Source: Opitutales bacterium (GTDB lineage Bacteria; Verrucomicrobiota; Verrucomicrobiia; Opitutales; PNEW01). Taken from it: 32,000 nucleotides of DNA. Made by a program: the position numbers and the translations under genes. Below the pieces are notes generated by a model. That model ran no database searches and was not told the origin of the DNA. It saw nothing but the letters and a program-made list of their open reading frames with translations. Numbering within the stretch: the first letter of the stretch is position 1; every line of letters begins with the position of its first letter. The stretch is from the NCBI GenBank assembly GCA_965219535.1, contig CBDCNV010000001.1, positions 1,200,001 through 1,232,000 on the forward strand, in the 5' to 3' direction. Positions 1 through 7,436 of this stretch are shown piece by piece.

Positions 1-379
1 CTTTCTTCAACCATCGTGCTGGATCCGATAACGGGATCTCTGACTCTTTTAAAGCTTGTCGTTTGCGGTCCGCCCACTCCGCAGGAAATAGCGACAACCA
101 TTTCCGCCTGATCAGGATCGGGTGATTCATAGTAGCCTTTGCCCGATAGTGCGGTTTTAATATAATCAGATGTCTCTTCAAATATTAACGGTTGATCATC
201 TACGTTTATAACCGAGCTAACAAGTTTATAGGATTCAGGTAGGTTTCCCAGCAACTGCTGATTGTTGATAGCATCTACTTTAAAAGTGTAGGTTGTCTGG
301 GTGCAGCCGCCGAAAATTAAACCGGCACTGATTGCTATCAAAAATAGAAAAAGTAAATTTAATCTTCGTGTGTGATCAT
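1..379 (-). CDS. Lipoprotein precursor; the C-terminal part runs off the left window edge, and the 5' end is out of frame with the only nearby ATG
   Basis: Absent from the ORF track because it has no in-window stop and no in-frame ATG/GTG. The minus-strand frame is open from 434 to 1 and reads ...DDHTRRLNLLFLFLIAISAGLIFGGCTQTTYTFKVDAINNQQLLGNLPESYKLV... This shows a charged n-region, a hydrophobic core and a lipobox-like F-G-G-C (Cys codon 305-303). The ATG at 379-377 is in a different frame and stops after 6 codons. Confidence 0.5.
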
Positions 380-876
380 CGACAAAAATTTCTGCAATTG
401 TAGGTATTGTTTTAATTATAAGAATAATTAATGGTTAGTGATTTTAATATTACAATATCTACTCAAAAATGGCGACAATATAGTGCTAAAACACCTGTCA
501 ATAAAATGTGAAAATCACTGATTACCAATGGGATGGTTCGATGGGGTGGCCGTTACTTGTGACCCTAACGCCTATAATTCCCAAGTGGCTGATTTTAGCA
601 GATATACGCAAGAGTATAGGCCAAAATTTCAAGCCGAGATATTACTCATCCAAGGCGTGAGAAATGGCGAATGGCGCTGTGGCCATCTGGAATTTGAAAA
701 AAAAGTAAAACCCAGGTTTTAAGCTCTATCAAATAGAGAAAATCATACCTTAAAAACTGCGGCTGTGGTTTTTAGTCACGACTAATGATTACTCAGTTTG
801 CGATAACGATTCAATTGCTTACAGGAATAAATCCTTATAGTTTACGCTGTATATACATAACCAGTTGGATTTATTG

Positions 877-914
877 CACAGAAAAACCGTCAGTTCACGG
901 GTGTGAACTGACGG
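877..914 (-). terminator. Rho-independent terminator downstream of the 970-1528 gene
   Basis: Perfect 12-bp stem ccgtcagttcac (887-898) / gtgaactgacgg (903-914) with a 4-nt loop. On the minus strand the hairpin is followed directly by TTTTTCTGTG (886-877). It lies 56 nt past the TAG at 972-970. Confidence 0.6.
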
Positions 915-969
915 CGTGGTCGAAGAGTAATTAACCTCTTTTCTTACCTTTTTAAATAAATAGAATCAG

Positions 970-1528
970 CTAGCTGGAACTTATAGTTCTAAATTGAAGT
1001 TCCGGGATTAGCTTCTCTGCAGCGAGACGGGCAGAGGTTTTCAAATGTTCAATCGTCGTCGCCGGTGGATTGAAATCGATCGTAATATAACGCCCGACAA
1101 AAATACCAAGTTTTTCCTTTCCACCTGGTGAACTCAGGGTGGCAGATAAGCGTGTCTCAAATTCACCAAAACGGTTTATTCTCCAGGATAATAAACCAAT
1201 ATTCAGGACCGTTACATTATCCGGAGTGTCACTGCCGGAACGAACAAACTTTAAATCAACCGGAATTTCTTTGTTCTCAATGACCGAACTTATGCTCTGG
1301 CTTAGATGGTTAAAACGATCTTTCTCTCCAATGTCTGAAAGATAACCGTCTGTTGAAAATACGCCTGTTTGATCATTTTTTTTTAACGTATAGTGTATCG
1401 TAGGCAGATATTTTTACTCTACTATCATCTAGAGCATACAAGGATCCAACTAATGTAAACCCATGTGCAGATCCTGCTAATGTAAAAATAAGTGACGCCA
1501 GTATTACTCTTATCAATTTTATTTTCAT
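970..1528 (-). pseudogene. Exported protein gene interrupted by a frameshift in an A9 (T9 on +) homopolymer
   Basis: The ATG at 1528 opens a Sec-type signal peptide, MKIKLIRVILASLIFTLAGSAHG. This frame stops at TGA (1375-1373) right after the nine-T run at 1376-1384. A second frame then stays open down to the TAG at 972-970 (NDQTGVFSTDGYLSDIGEKDRF...PELQFRTISSS) and has no start codon of its own. The span is 559 nt (3n+1). Confidence 0.6.
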
Positions 1529-1682
1529 TTCAGTATTTATTTTAAGTTAACAATATCAGGTACTTTTCATGTTATACCTGAATCTTACTTTCTTTATATA
1601 ATAAGAGGTAATTCGCTGGTTATTATTCCCTGACTGGCTATCCAGGTGACATGAAGATAAGACCAAATTTTGTATTGTATTT

Positions 1683-1830
1683 ATCTTCGTCTTCGTCCAC
1701 GTCTGCCTCTTCATCCCTGTAATATCAAGCTGTGGATAAGCATAAGAGGACGAAGACGATGAGGCAGACACAGACGAAGATTGGTTACATTCTATCCACG
1801 CACACTTCTGCGCTCTAACGAGGGTTGTTT
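1683..1830 (+). repeat. HEAD hairpin plus leader module, copy 1a
   Basis: The arms atcttcgtct (1683-1692) / agacgaagat (1772-1781) and tctgcctc / gaggcaga form an imperfect long hairpin. Positions 1726-1830 recur at 2093-2197 with 3 substitutions and no indels. Confidence 0.75.
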
Positions 1831-2066
1831 TAACTAAGCCCCGGAGGGGCGGCATAGTCGTAGCCCACAGCGCAAGCTGTGGGTTTGGAGTTAAAAAAAA
1901 TCCAGAGCCCCAGCGGGGCGACACAACTTCTTATTCAACCGGAATTGTGTCGCCCCTCCGGGGCTATTTCTTAATCTACATTAATTTACCCACAGCTCAC
2001 GCTATGGGCTATGTTTGTTCCACCCCTCCAGGGTGTGTAACCTGATTCACTGTTTGCTTTCTCATT
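1831..2066 (+). repeat. Nested-palindrome core element (REP/REPIN-like), copy 1
   Basis: Aligns by hand to 13796-14031 with about 17 substitutions and 2 single-base indels. It contains GTAG+cccacagc-gcaa-gctgtggg (1860-1883) and an inverted twin at 1989-2008. It also has a 21-bp helix 1906-1926 / 1945-1965 and GCCCC-N3-GGGGC mini-palindromes at 1838-1850 and 2023-2033. Confidence 0.8.
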
Positions 2067-2067
2067 A

Positions 2068-2197
2068 ATCTTCGTCTTCGTTCATGTTATAGCAAGCTGT
2101 GGATAGGCATAAGAGGACGAAGACGATGAGGCAGACACAGACGAAGATTGGTTACATTCTATACACGCACACTTCTACGCTCTAACGAGGGTTGTTT
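2068..2197 (+). repeat. HEAD hairpin plus leader module, copy 1b (internally deleted)
   Basis: Direct repeat of 1683-1830. It lacks about 20 nt of the 5' arm (cacgtctgcctcttcatccc), and similarity ends at gggttgttt (2197). Confidence 0.75.
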
Positions 2198-2344
2198 CGT
2201 TATTCAGCCGTGTTATGATCGAAAAATACAACTGTGGATATTTATGGTGTCCAGAGTGTGAATTAAAGGATTAGCGGTTTATATTCTTTTGCTTTTTAAA
2301 ATTTCGCTTAATATTCTGCTTTATAAAATAAATCGAAAGAAATT

Positions 2345-3487
2345 ATGAAAACTTATGATTTTCGTTCTGGATGCACTGATCCGGCTTCATTTCCCGCCGC
2401 CCATTTAGCGGAGTACGCGGTTAAAGCGATTAATGAAGTCGGTATGGATTTTGCGCGATACCCTGGAGAACTGGGATATCTTGGTCTGCGTGAAGTGATG
2501 GCTGAGAGAGAATCCCAGCGTGAAGGGGTGGAGGTTTCTCCAGATAATATATCCTTAATGAATGGTTCAATGCAGCCGGTTACTCTTATCGCTGAAGCAC
2601 TCATGGAAAAACCGGGAGATATTATTATAACTGAAGAGCTGACCTATTCGGGAACGCTCAGCATTTATAAAAACCTGGGAGCACAACTGGTGGGCATTCC
2701 CATGGATGAACAGGGAATGAAAATAGATGCTCTGGAAAAGACATTGCAGGAACTCCATGCAAAAGGTACCCCTCCTCGTTTTATCTATACTTTACCGACA
2801 TACCATAATCCAACGGGAATCCTGATGCCTAAAGCCCGCCGTTTGGAACTCATTGATGTTGCGCTTAAATATAACACCGTAGTGGTGGATGATAATTGTT
2901 ATGGAGATGTTCATTTTGAAGGTGAAAAAGAACCCTCCCTTCATGCTTTGAGTGAAAGTCCCAATATTATTTATTTATGTTCGCTTTCGAAAATATTGGG
3001 ACCGGGCCTTCGTTTAGGCTATCTTATCGCTCGGCAACCCATGCTCGATCGCATCATGGAACGTCGTTTTGACGGAGGGAACAGCCTTTTGGCTGCTTCC
3101 GTTTGTGCGGCCTATCTTAAAGATAATCTTTGGGACTATGTCACTAAAGCTAATCTGGTCCTGAAAGAAAAAAGAGATGCGGTTTATGCCGGTTTGGAAT
3201 CTAGCGTGAGTGATATTTGTACCTGGTCACATCCTGTTGGTGGTATTTTTATCTGGGTACAATTTCCCAGCGACGTAGATAGACTTAAGCTCGAAGCTCT
3301 TCTTGAAAAAGAAGGGATCCTCTATGGTCCTGGATCTGCCTACCATGTGAATGAAAAGGATATTCCCTATCTCCGCTTGGCTTTCGGTTATTGCAGCCTG
3401 GAGGACATTCAAAAATGTATTCCTCTCGTTGGTCAGGCCATTCGCGCTTCGCGAAAAACTAGAGCTCAAGCACAAGCCGCTGTTTAA
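2345..3487 (+). CDS. PLP-dependent aminotransferase, class I/II fold
   Basis: 380-aa ORF with the YHNPTG motif and SLSKILGPGLRLGYL (PLP-lysine context S-x-S-K). The length is typical of this family. Confidence 0.85.
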   Translation: MKTYDFRSGCTDPASFPAAHLAEYAVKAINEVGMDFARYPGELGYLGLREVMAERESQREGVEVSPDNISLMNGSMQPVTLIAEALMEKPGDIIITEELTYSGTLSIYKNLGAQLVGIPMDEQGMKIDALEKTLQELHAKGTPPRFIYTLPTYHNPTGILMPKARRLELIDVALKYNTVVVDDNCYGDVHFEGEKEPSLHALSESPNIIYLCSLSKILGPGLRLGYLIARQPMLDRIMERRFDGGNSLLAASVCAAYLKDNLWDYVTKANLVLKEKRDAVYAGLESSVSDICTWSHPVGGIFIWVQFPSDVDRLKLEALLEKEGILYGPGSAYHVNEKDIPYLRLAFGYCSLEDIQKCIPLVGQAIRASRKTRAQAQAAV

Positions 3488-3550
3488 TCGGTTAAGAAAA
3501 GTATGGTGCTAGCGCAGGGTTAGGGACTGTCGCAGTGTTAGGTGCTAGCG

Positions 3551-3589
3551 CAGTGTTAAGTGTTAAGTATTAAGTTTTAGGTGTTAGGT
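3551..3589 (+). repeat. Degenerate heptamer tandem array (TGTTAAG-like), left arm of a foldback
   Basis: The array reads cag tgttaag tgttaag tattaag ttttagg tgttagg t. Positions 3551-3582 match the reverse complement of 5063-5094 at 29 of 32 positions. It is preceded by a direct repeat of ggtgctagcgcag (3505 and 3541). Confidence 0.8.
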
Positions 3590-3654
3590 TTAATGCGAAA
3601 GATAGGTTCTTATCTAATAATTCTCAAATAAGTTAACGTTTTTGTGACGGTATA

Positions 3655-3699
3655 GGTTCAAGACATTCTTTACACAAAAGGTTCAGGACATCCTTTACA
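3655..3699 (+). repeat. IS left-end subterminal repeats, two copies with 25-bp phasing
   Basis: ggttcaagacattctttaca (3655-3674) and ggttcaggacatcctttaca (3680-3699). Confidence 0.75.
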
Positions 3700-3734
3700 G
3701 ATTGCCAAAGAAAGAAGGATGCTAAGTAAGGGGT

Positions 3735-4925
3735 ATGATGTCATGGAAGGAAACAAATAAAATGGACCAAAGATACCAATTCGCCCTGGAATCGATGCAA
3801 CCGGGAGTAAAGATGAACGAGCTGTGTGAAGACTACGGGATCAGCCGACCGACAGGGTATAAATGGAAGAAGCGCTTCCTGAGCGAAGGGATGGAGGGGT
3901 TGCACGAGCGCTCACGCCGACCGCATGGAAGTGTTCAGGAACTATCCGAATCAGTAGTATGTACGCTGATCAAACTCAAGCATCATCACCCGACGTGGGG
4001 CCCCTACAAGATCCGCGAGCTTTACCAGAGGCGTTACGGGAAGGCCCCCTCAGACTCGAGCGTGAAACGGGTCTTGGAACGTGCGGGACTGGTGCAAAAG
4101 CGTCGGCGCAGAAGCGCTCAAAAAAGCGGACGCCTTTACCGCAGCGTCAAGGCCAGTGGCTGTAACGAAGTGTGGAGCGTAGACTTCAAAGGGTGGTGGC
4201 ACACCGTTGATGGCAACCGTTGTGAACCTTTGACGGTACGGGATGAATGGAGCCGCTATGTATTAGAGGTGCGGGTGCTCAGTTCAGCCCGTAGCGAAGC
4301 GGTGCGTGAATGCTTCACAAAACTCTTTGAACGCTATGGACTTCCCGCTTGCATCCGCAGCGACAACGGCAGTCCCTTTGCCAGTGCCAATGCGGTCCTG
4401 GGCCTGAGCAAACTGGCGGCCTGGTGGCTGGCCTTAGGGATCAATCTCGAGCGTGGACGTCCGGGTAAACCCCAGGATAACGGTGCCCATGAGCGTCTCC
4501 ATCGCGATATCAAAGAGGAGTTGCAAAAACATGCCCAGGACGATCTTCGCACCCAACAGGTGGCCTTCGATCTGTGGCGCAAGACCTTCAATGAAGAACG
4601 CCCCCATGCGGCTCTTGCCATGAGCACGCCCTCTGAAATCTATCAGCACAGCTCTCATCCTTACGGTGGCACTCCTGCCGATATCAGCTATGATTTGATG
4701 ACTCGCCGGGTCTCAAAAAGCGGGTCTATCAAACTCGATGGCTTCCAGATTCCTATCTCCACCGCCCTCGCCGGTTGGAGCGTTGGACTAAAACCACTAG
4801 ACACGGTACACTTCGATGTTTACTTTGCCACTCTCAGAATCGGTCAGATTGACCTTTCAACGGCTGCTTTCATTGGGGCCGCTTGCGGCCCCAACAATGC
4901 CAGCCAAACCTCTAAAACCGCATAA
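3735..4925 (+). CDS. Transposase with N-terminal HTH and integrase-core (rve, DDE) domain, IS481-like
   Basis: 396-aa ORF. The N-terminus (NELCEDYGISRPTGYKWKKRF) is HTH-like. The core has WSVDFKG...IRSDNGSPF...HERLHRDIKEE, typical of rve transposases. The start could instead be the ATG at 3762 (MDQRYQF). Confidence 0.85.
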   Translation: MMSWKETNKMDQRYQFALESMQPGVKMNELCEDYGISRPTGYKWKKRFLSEGMEGLHERSRRPHGSVQELSESVVCTLIKLKHHHPTWGPYKIRELYQRRYGKAPSDSSVKRVLERAGLVQKRRRRSAQKSGRLYRSVKASGCNEVWSVDFKGWWHTVDGNRCEPLTVRDEWSRYVLEVRVLSSARSEAVRECFTKLFERYGLPACIRSDNGSPFASANAVLGLSKLAAWWLALGINLERGRPGKPQDNGAHERLHRDIKEELQKHAQDDLRTQQVAFDLWRKTFNEERPHAALAMSTPSEIYQHSSHPYGGTPADISYDLMTRRVSKSGSIKLDGFQIPISTALAGWSVGLKPLDTVHFDVYFATLRIGQIDLSTAAFIGAACGPNNASQTSKTA

Positions 4926-4974
4926 CATTAACTTAACTATATAACCCGATTACCGTTCAGCATCCCTCACAAAG

Positions 4975-5044
4975 TGTAAACCATGTCTTGATCTAAATCT
5001 GTAAACCATGTCTTGATCTAAATCTGTAAACCATGTCCTGGTTG
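4975..5044 (+). repeat. IS right-end subterminal repeats, three copies with 25-bp phasing, inverted relative to the left end
   Basis: tgtaaaccatgtc starts at 4975, 5000 and 5025. The first two units are identical 25-mers (tgtaaaccatgtcttgatctaaatc). Confidence 0.8.
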
Positions 5045-5062
5045 TACCTTGTACCTCTCTTT

Positions 5063-5094
5063 ACCTAAAACCTAACACCTAACACTTAACACTG
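5063..5094 (+). repeat. Heptamer array, right (inverted) arm of the foldback interrupted by the IS
   Basis: The reverse complement of acctaaaacctaacacctaacacttaacactg is cagtgttaagtgttaggtgttaggttttaggt. It differs from 3551-3582 by three A/G differences only. Confidence 0.8.
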
Positions 5095-5116
5095 AAAATC
5101 GTTAGATTTTCAATCC

Positions 5117-5740
5117 TTACTTCACGAACACGGTGTATGACATCACCCCATCCGAAGGGGAATTAAACATAACATCCTGGTAAGTCCCTTTGGCCAGGGT
5201 TAAAAATTGAGACCCGCTTTGTTGATGATCGGGGCTTCCCTCGATGCGAAAGGCGCAGGATACCTGGAGACGGAGTGGTCCTTCGGTTTCATTTTGGATA
5301 CGCGCCCAAACGCGAATACGATTGTTCTGCAAAGGATGAGCTTCGACCCGAGGGAGAGAAACAGATGAACTGTAGGCTTTTGACATCAATTTCATATCCG
5401 GAACCAAGACTGTGCCATCCCAATCATTTTCGGGTAAAGCAATTTCAAGATCAGGTTTTGAACCGGTCTTGGACACCCTTGCCGGAATTGGAGAGGAAGC
5501 ACCTACTGAATCATCGGATAGAATCGAAGGTGGGACAGCGTCTTCAACGAGGTAATCCATGGATTTTTCAAAGTAAGTATTCGATTCCACAACATGCGGA
5601 AGAATTTTCGAGTTGTCAGTTACCTCAACGAGCGTTTTGGCTGCTTTAGGCAATTTTTTTCCAGCAAAAAATTTAATGTATAAAATAAAACCGCCCGCAA
5701 AAAGAACCATAACCAAAAAAATGATAAGTAATTTTTTCAT
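5117..5740 (-). CDS. Membrane-anchored hypothetical protein
   Basis: 207-aa ORF with an N-terminal transmembrane/signal-anchor segment (MKKLLIIFLVMVLFAGGFILYIKFF). I did not recognise any catalytic motif. Confidence 0.6.
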   Translation of the reverse strand: MKKLLIIFLVMVLFAGGFILYIKFFAGKKLPKAAKTLVEVTDNSKILPHVVESNTYFEKSMDYLVEDAVPPSILSDDSVGASSPIPARVSKTGSKPDLEIALPENDWDGTVLVPDMKLMSKAYSSSVSLPRVEAHPLQNNRIRVWARIQNETEGPLRLQVSCAFRIEGSPDHQQSGSQFLTLAKGTYQDVMFNSPSDGVMSYTVFVK

Positions 5741-5859
5741 AACACAAATGAATGTTTGTTCTTACAGGATATAAAATTTACTCATTTATCGTCAACGATT
5801 ATAAAATATAGCAAGGTTAAGCCCGACTTGTTATTAGCGTTTAGCGATTCAAATACCTG

Positions 5860-6651
5860 TTAAATTACTTTAACCACGTACAACTGATTGCGCACCTCAG
5901 TTCCAAGCGCGCCGCAATTCGTATAATGAAGCACAGGATAACTGGCCCCTTCGATTTTTATCGGCAATCGCATCGCGTATTCGGAGTAGTCCCAACGGTT
6001 AAATACAACATAGGCCTGTCGAAAGATGGATACTTCGAGTTCATGCTCAATTGAAAAATCGGGAAGCAGCATGGGACCTGTATCTACCTGCCAGCTATCG
6101 TGCTCGTGCCGGGCGTTCATTACAGTCACCGGGTATTCAGCCACCACCTCAATTTCTTCATCGCCATTTGAAGTGAGGTAACGCGTTCTTCCGAGGATGG
6201 GTTTATTATCCATCATCGCATCGTGGACTTCCTGGTAGCTGGTCATTTCCGCCACTTCGACAAAATAGCGCAGTCCACTTTCCATTTTATCAATCGTCGT
6301 CACCAGGTTTACTTTAGAACCGACAATATCACCCACGCGAAAAGACATGCGTTCAAAACCGGGTGCGTCATCAAATTGTTTTACAAACATGAATTGTCCA
6401 TCATCACTAAAAACAACATGAAACTCCATCGTGGGTTGGGCTATAATGTTCTTTTCCGCATACATCTTTTCTCCCGCACAGGGATGACTTAAAAAATACT
6501 CCCTGAATTCTTCACCTTTGCCACGTATTTTACAACTGGCGTGCAAAGCGCACCGCGGTGTGGAGTCCGCTGTATTCTGGTCCCACTGAACGAACGAGTT
6601 TGTGTAGTCGTACCCTAAATTGTAATCATAACTGAAATCAAAATCACTCAT
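5860..6651 (-). CDS. Hypothetical protein
   Basis: 263-aa ORF with no signal peptide and no recognisable motif. It is co-directional with its neighbours. Confidence 0.6.
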   Translation of the reverse strand: MSDFDFSYDYNLGYDYTNSFVQWDQNTADSTPRCALHASCKIRGKGEEFREYFLSHPCAGEKMYAEKNIIAQPTMEFHVVFSDDGQFMFVKQFDDAPGFERMSFRVGDIVGSKVNLVTTIDKMESGLRYFVEVAEMTSYQEVHDAMMDNKPILGRTRYLTSNGDEEIEVVAEYPVTVMNARHEHDSWQVDTGPMLLPDFSIEHELEVSIFRQAYVVFNRWDYSEYAMRLPIKIEGASYPVLHYTNCGALGTEVRNQLYVVKVI

Positions 6652-6713
6652 TGCTCATAACTTCCCATCTGTTAACTCAAGATGTTTATTTTAAATTAGA
6701 AATTATAGCCAAT

Positions 6714-7427
6714 TCACCAATTATAATCGTCCTGATTGCCATCACGACCAAAAAACTGGCTTGAATTGTCCATCGTTAATCGATGAGCGGTGTTGAAGAT
6801 GCAATTTGCCGATTCTTCTGGTGAAATCTCAGCGTCATCTCCTCCCATATCCGTCCTGACCCAGCCGGGACTCAGGGCAACAACAATTATCTCCTCCGGT
6901 TTTAATTCAGCGGCCAATGCGCGGGTAAACATGTTTAATGCCGCTTTTGAAGTACTGTAACTGTAGAGTTTAAAATTAGTTTTAATCGCTATTGATCCCG
7001 CGCCGGATGAAATATTAATGATACGCGGTTCATTGCCTTTTCTGAGGAGCGGAAGTAAACTCCGAGAAACACGTGCGACGCCGACAACATTAACATCGAA
7101 GGCCATCTCTAAATGCGCAATGTCCATATCTTCGAATTTTTCACCTTTTACATCTGGATTCACTCCCGCGTTATTTATGAGGATATCGAGGCTGGAAAAT
7201 GATTGCGCGATTTTTGAATAAGCCTGATGCACTGAATCAGTATTTGTGACATCCATTGGAATAACAGTGTAATTCGGTTCGTGATAAGTTTTGCTCAACA
7301 CATTTAACTCATCTGCCTTGTCAGGTTGACGAGCGGTAGCAATAACGCGGTCACCTTGTTTTAGAAATTCTTTGACCAAAGCCAGGCCAATGCCGCGGTT
7401 TGCTCCAGTAATAAGTACAGATGACAT
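6714..7427 (-). CDS. Short-chain dehydrogenase/reductase (SDR)
   Basis: ITGANRGIGLA (TGxxxGxG), NNAG and YSTSK (YxxxK) motifs; 237 aa. Confidence 0.85.
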   Translation of the reverse strand: MSSVLITGANRGIGLALVKEFLKQGDRVIATARQPDKADELNVLSKTYHEPNYTVIPMDVTNTDSVHQAYSKIAQSFSSLDILINNAGVNPDVKGEKFEDMDIAHLEMAFDVNVVGVARVSRSLLPLLRKGNEPRIINISSGAGSIAIKTNFKLYSYSTSKAALNMFTRALAAELKPEEIIVVALSPGWVRTDMGGDDAEISPEESANCIFNTAHRLTMDNSSQFFGRDGNQDDYNW

Positions 7428-7436
7428 TGTTGTTAA

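Larger units (their letters stand above)
3649..5048 (+). mobile_element. IS481-family-type insertion sequence (boundaries approximate)
   Basis: A single rve/DDE transposase ORF is flanked by inverted ends GGTATA...(3649) and ...TGTACC (5048), with phased subterminal repeats CARGACATNNTTTACA on both sides. It is GC-richer than the flanks (34/60 G+C in line 3841 versus 26/60 in line 2701, by hand count). Confidence 0.75.

Noticed and set aside
528-722. 64-aa ORF in the 435-969 intergenic region
   Set aside because: It has no recognisable motif and no convincing ribosome-binding site, and it is isolated. A faint resemblance of ILLIQG to hydrolase motifs is not enough. It could be a gene remnant, but I cannot support a call.
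1556-1924. 122-aa minus-strand ORF from the track
   Set aside because: It lies entirely within the HEAD and core repeats and is low-complexity (SSSVSASSSSSS). In the second copy of the repeat (around 13860) a single-base indel next to the A8 run destroys the frame, so the sequence is conserved as nucleotide, not as protein.
1683-2197. CRISPR-like reading of the repeat-variable-repeat layout (also 13500-14272)
   Set aside because: There are only two repeat copies per locus. The repeats are ~100 nt long and imperfect, the variable parts differ greatly in length, and there is no regular spacing and no cas genes in the window.
3863-4658. Alternative-frame and antisense ORFs inside the transposase gene (3863-4165, 4334-4627, 4434-4658)
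   Set aside because: These are the expected by-product of the high G+C of the IS. They are Arg/Pro/Ala/Ser-rich, low-information translations fully nested in a well-supported gene.
5094-5111. Hairpin gaaaatc-gtta-gattttc just after the 5117-5740 gene stop
   Set aside because: It is a 7-bp, almost purely A/T stem with no U-tract on the relevant strand, which is too weak to call a terminator.
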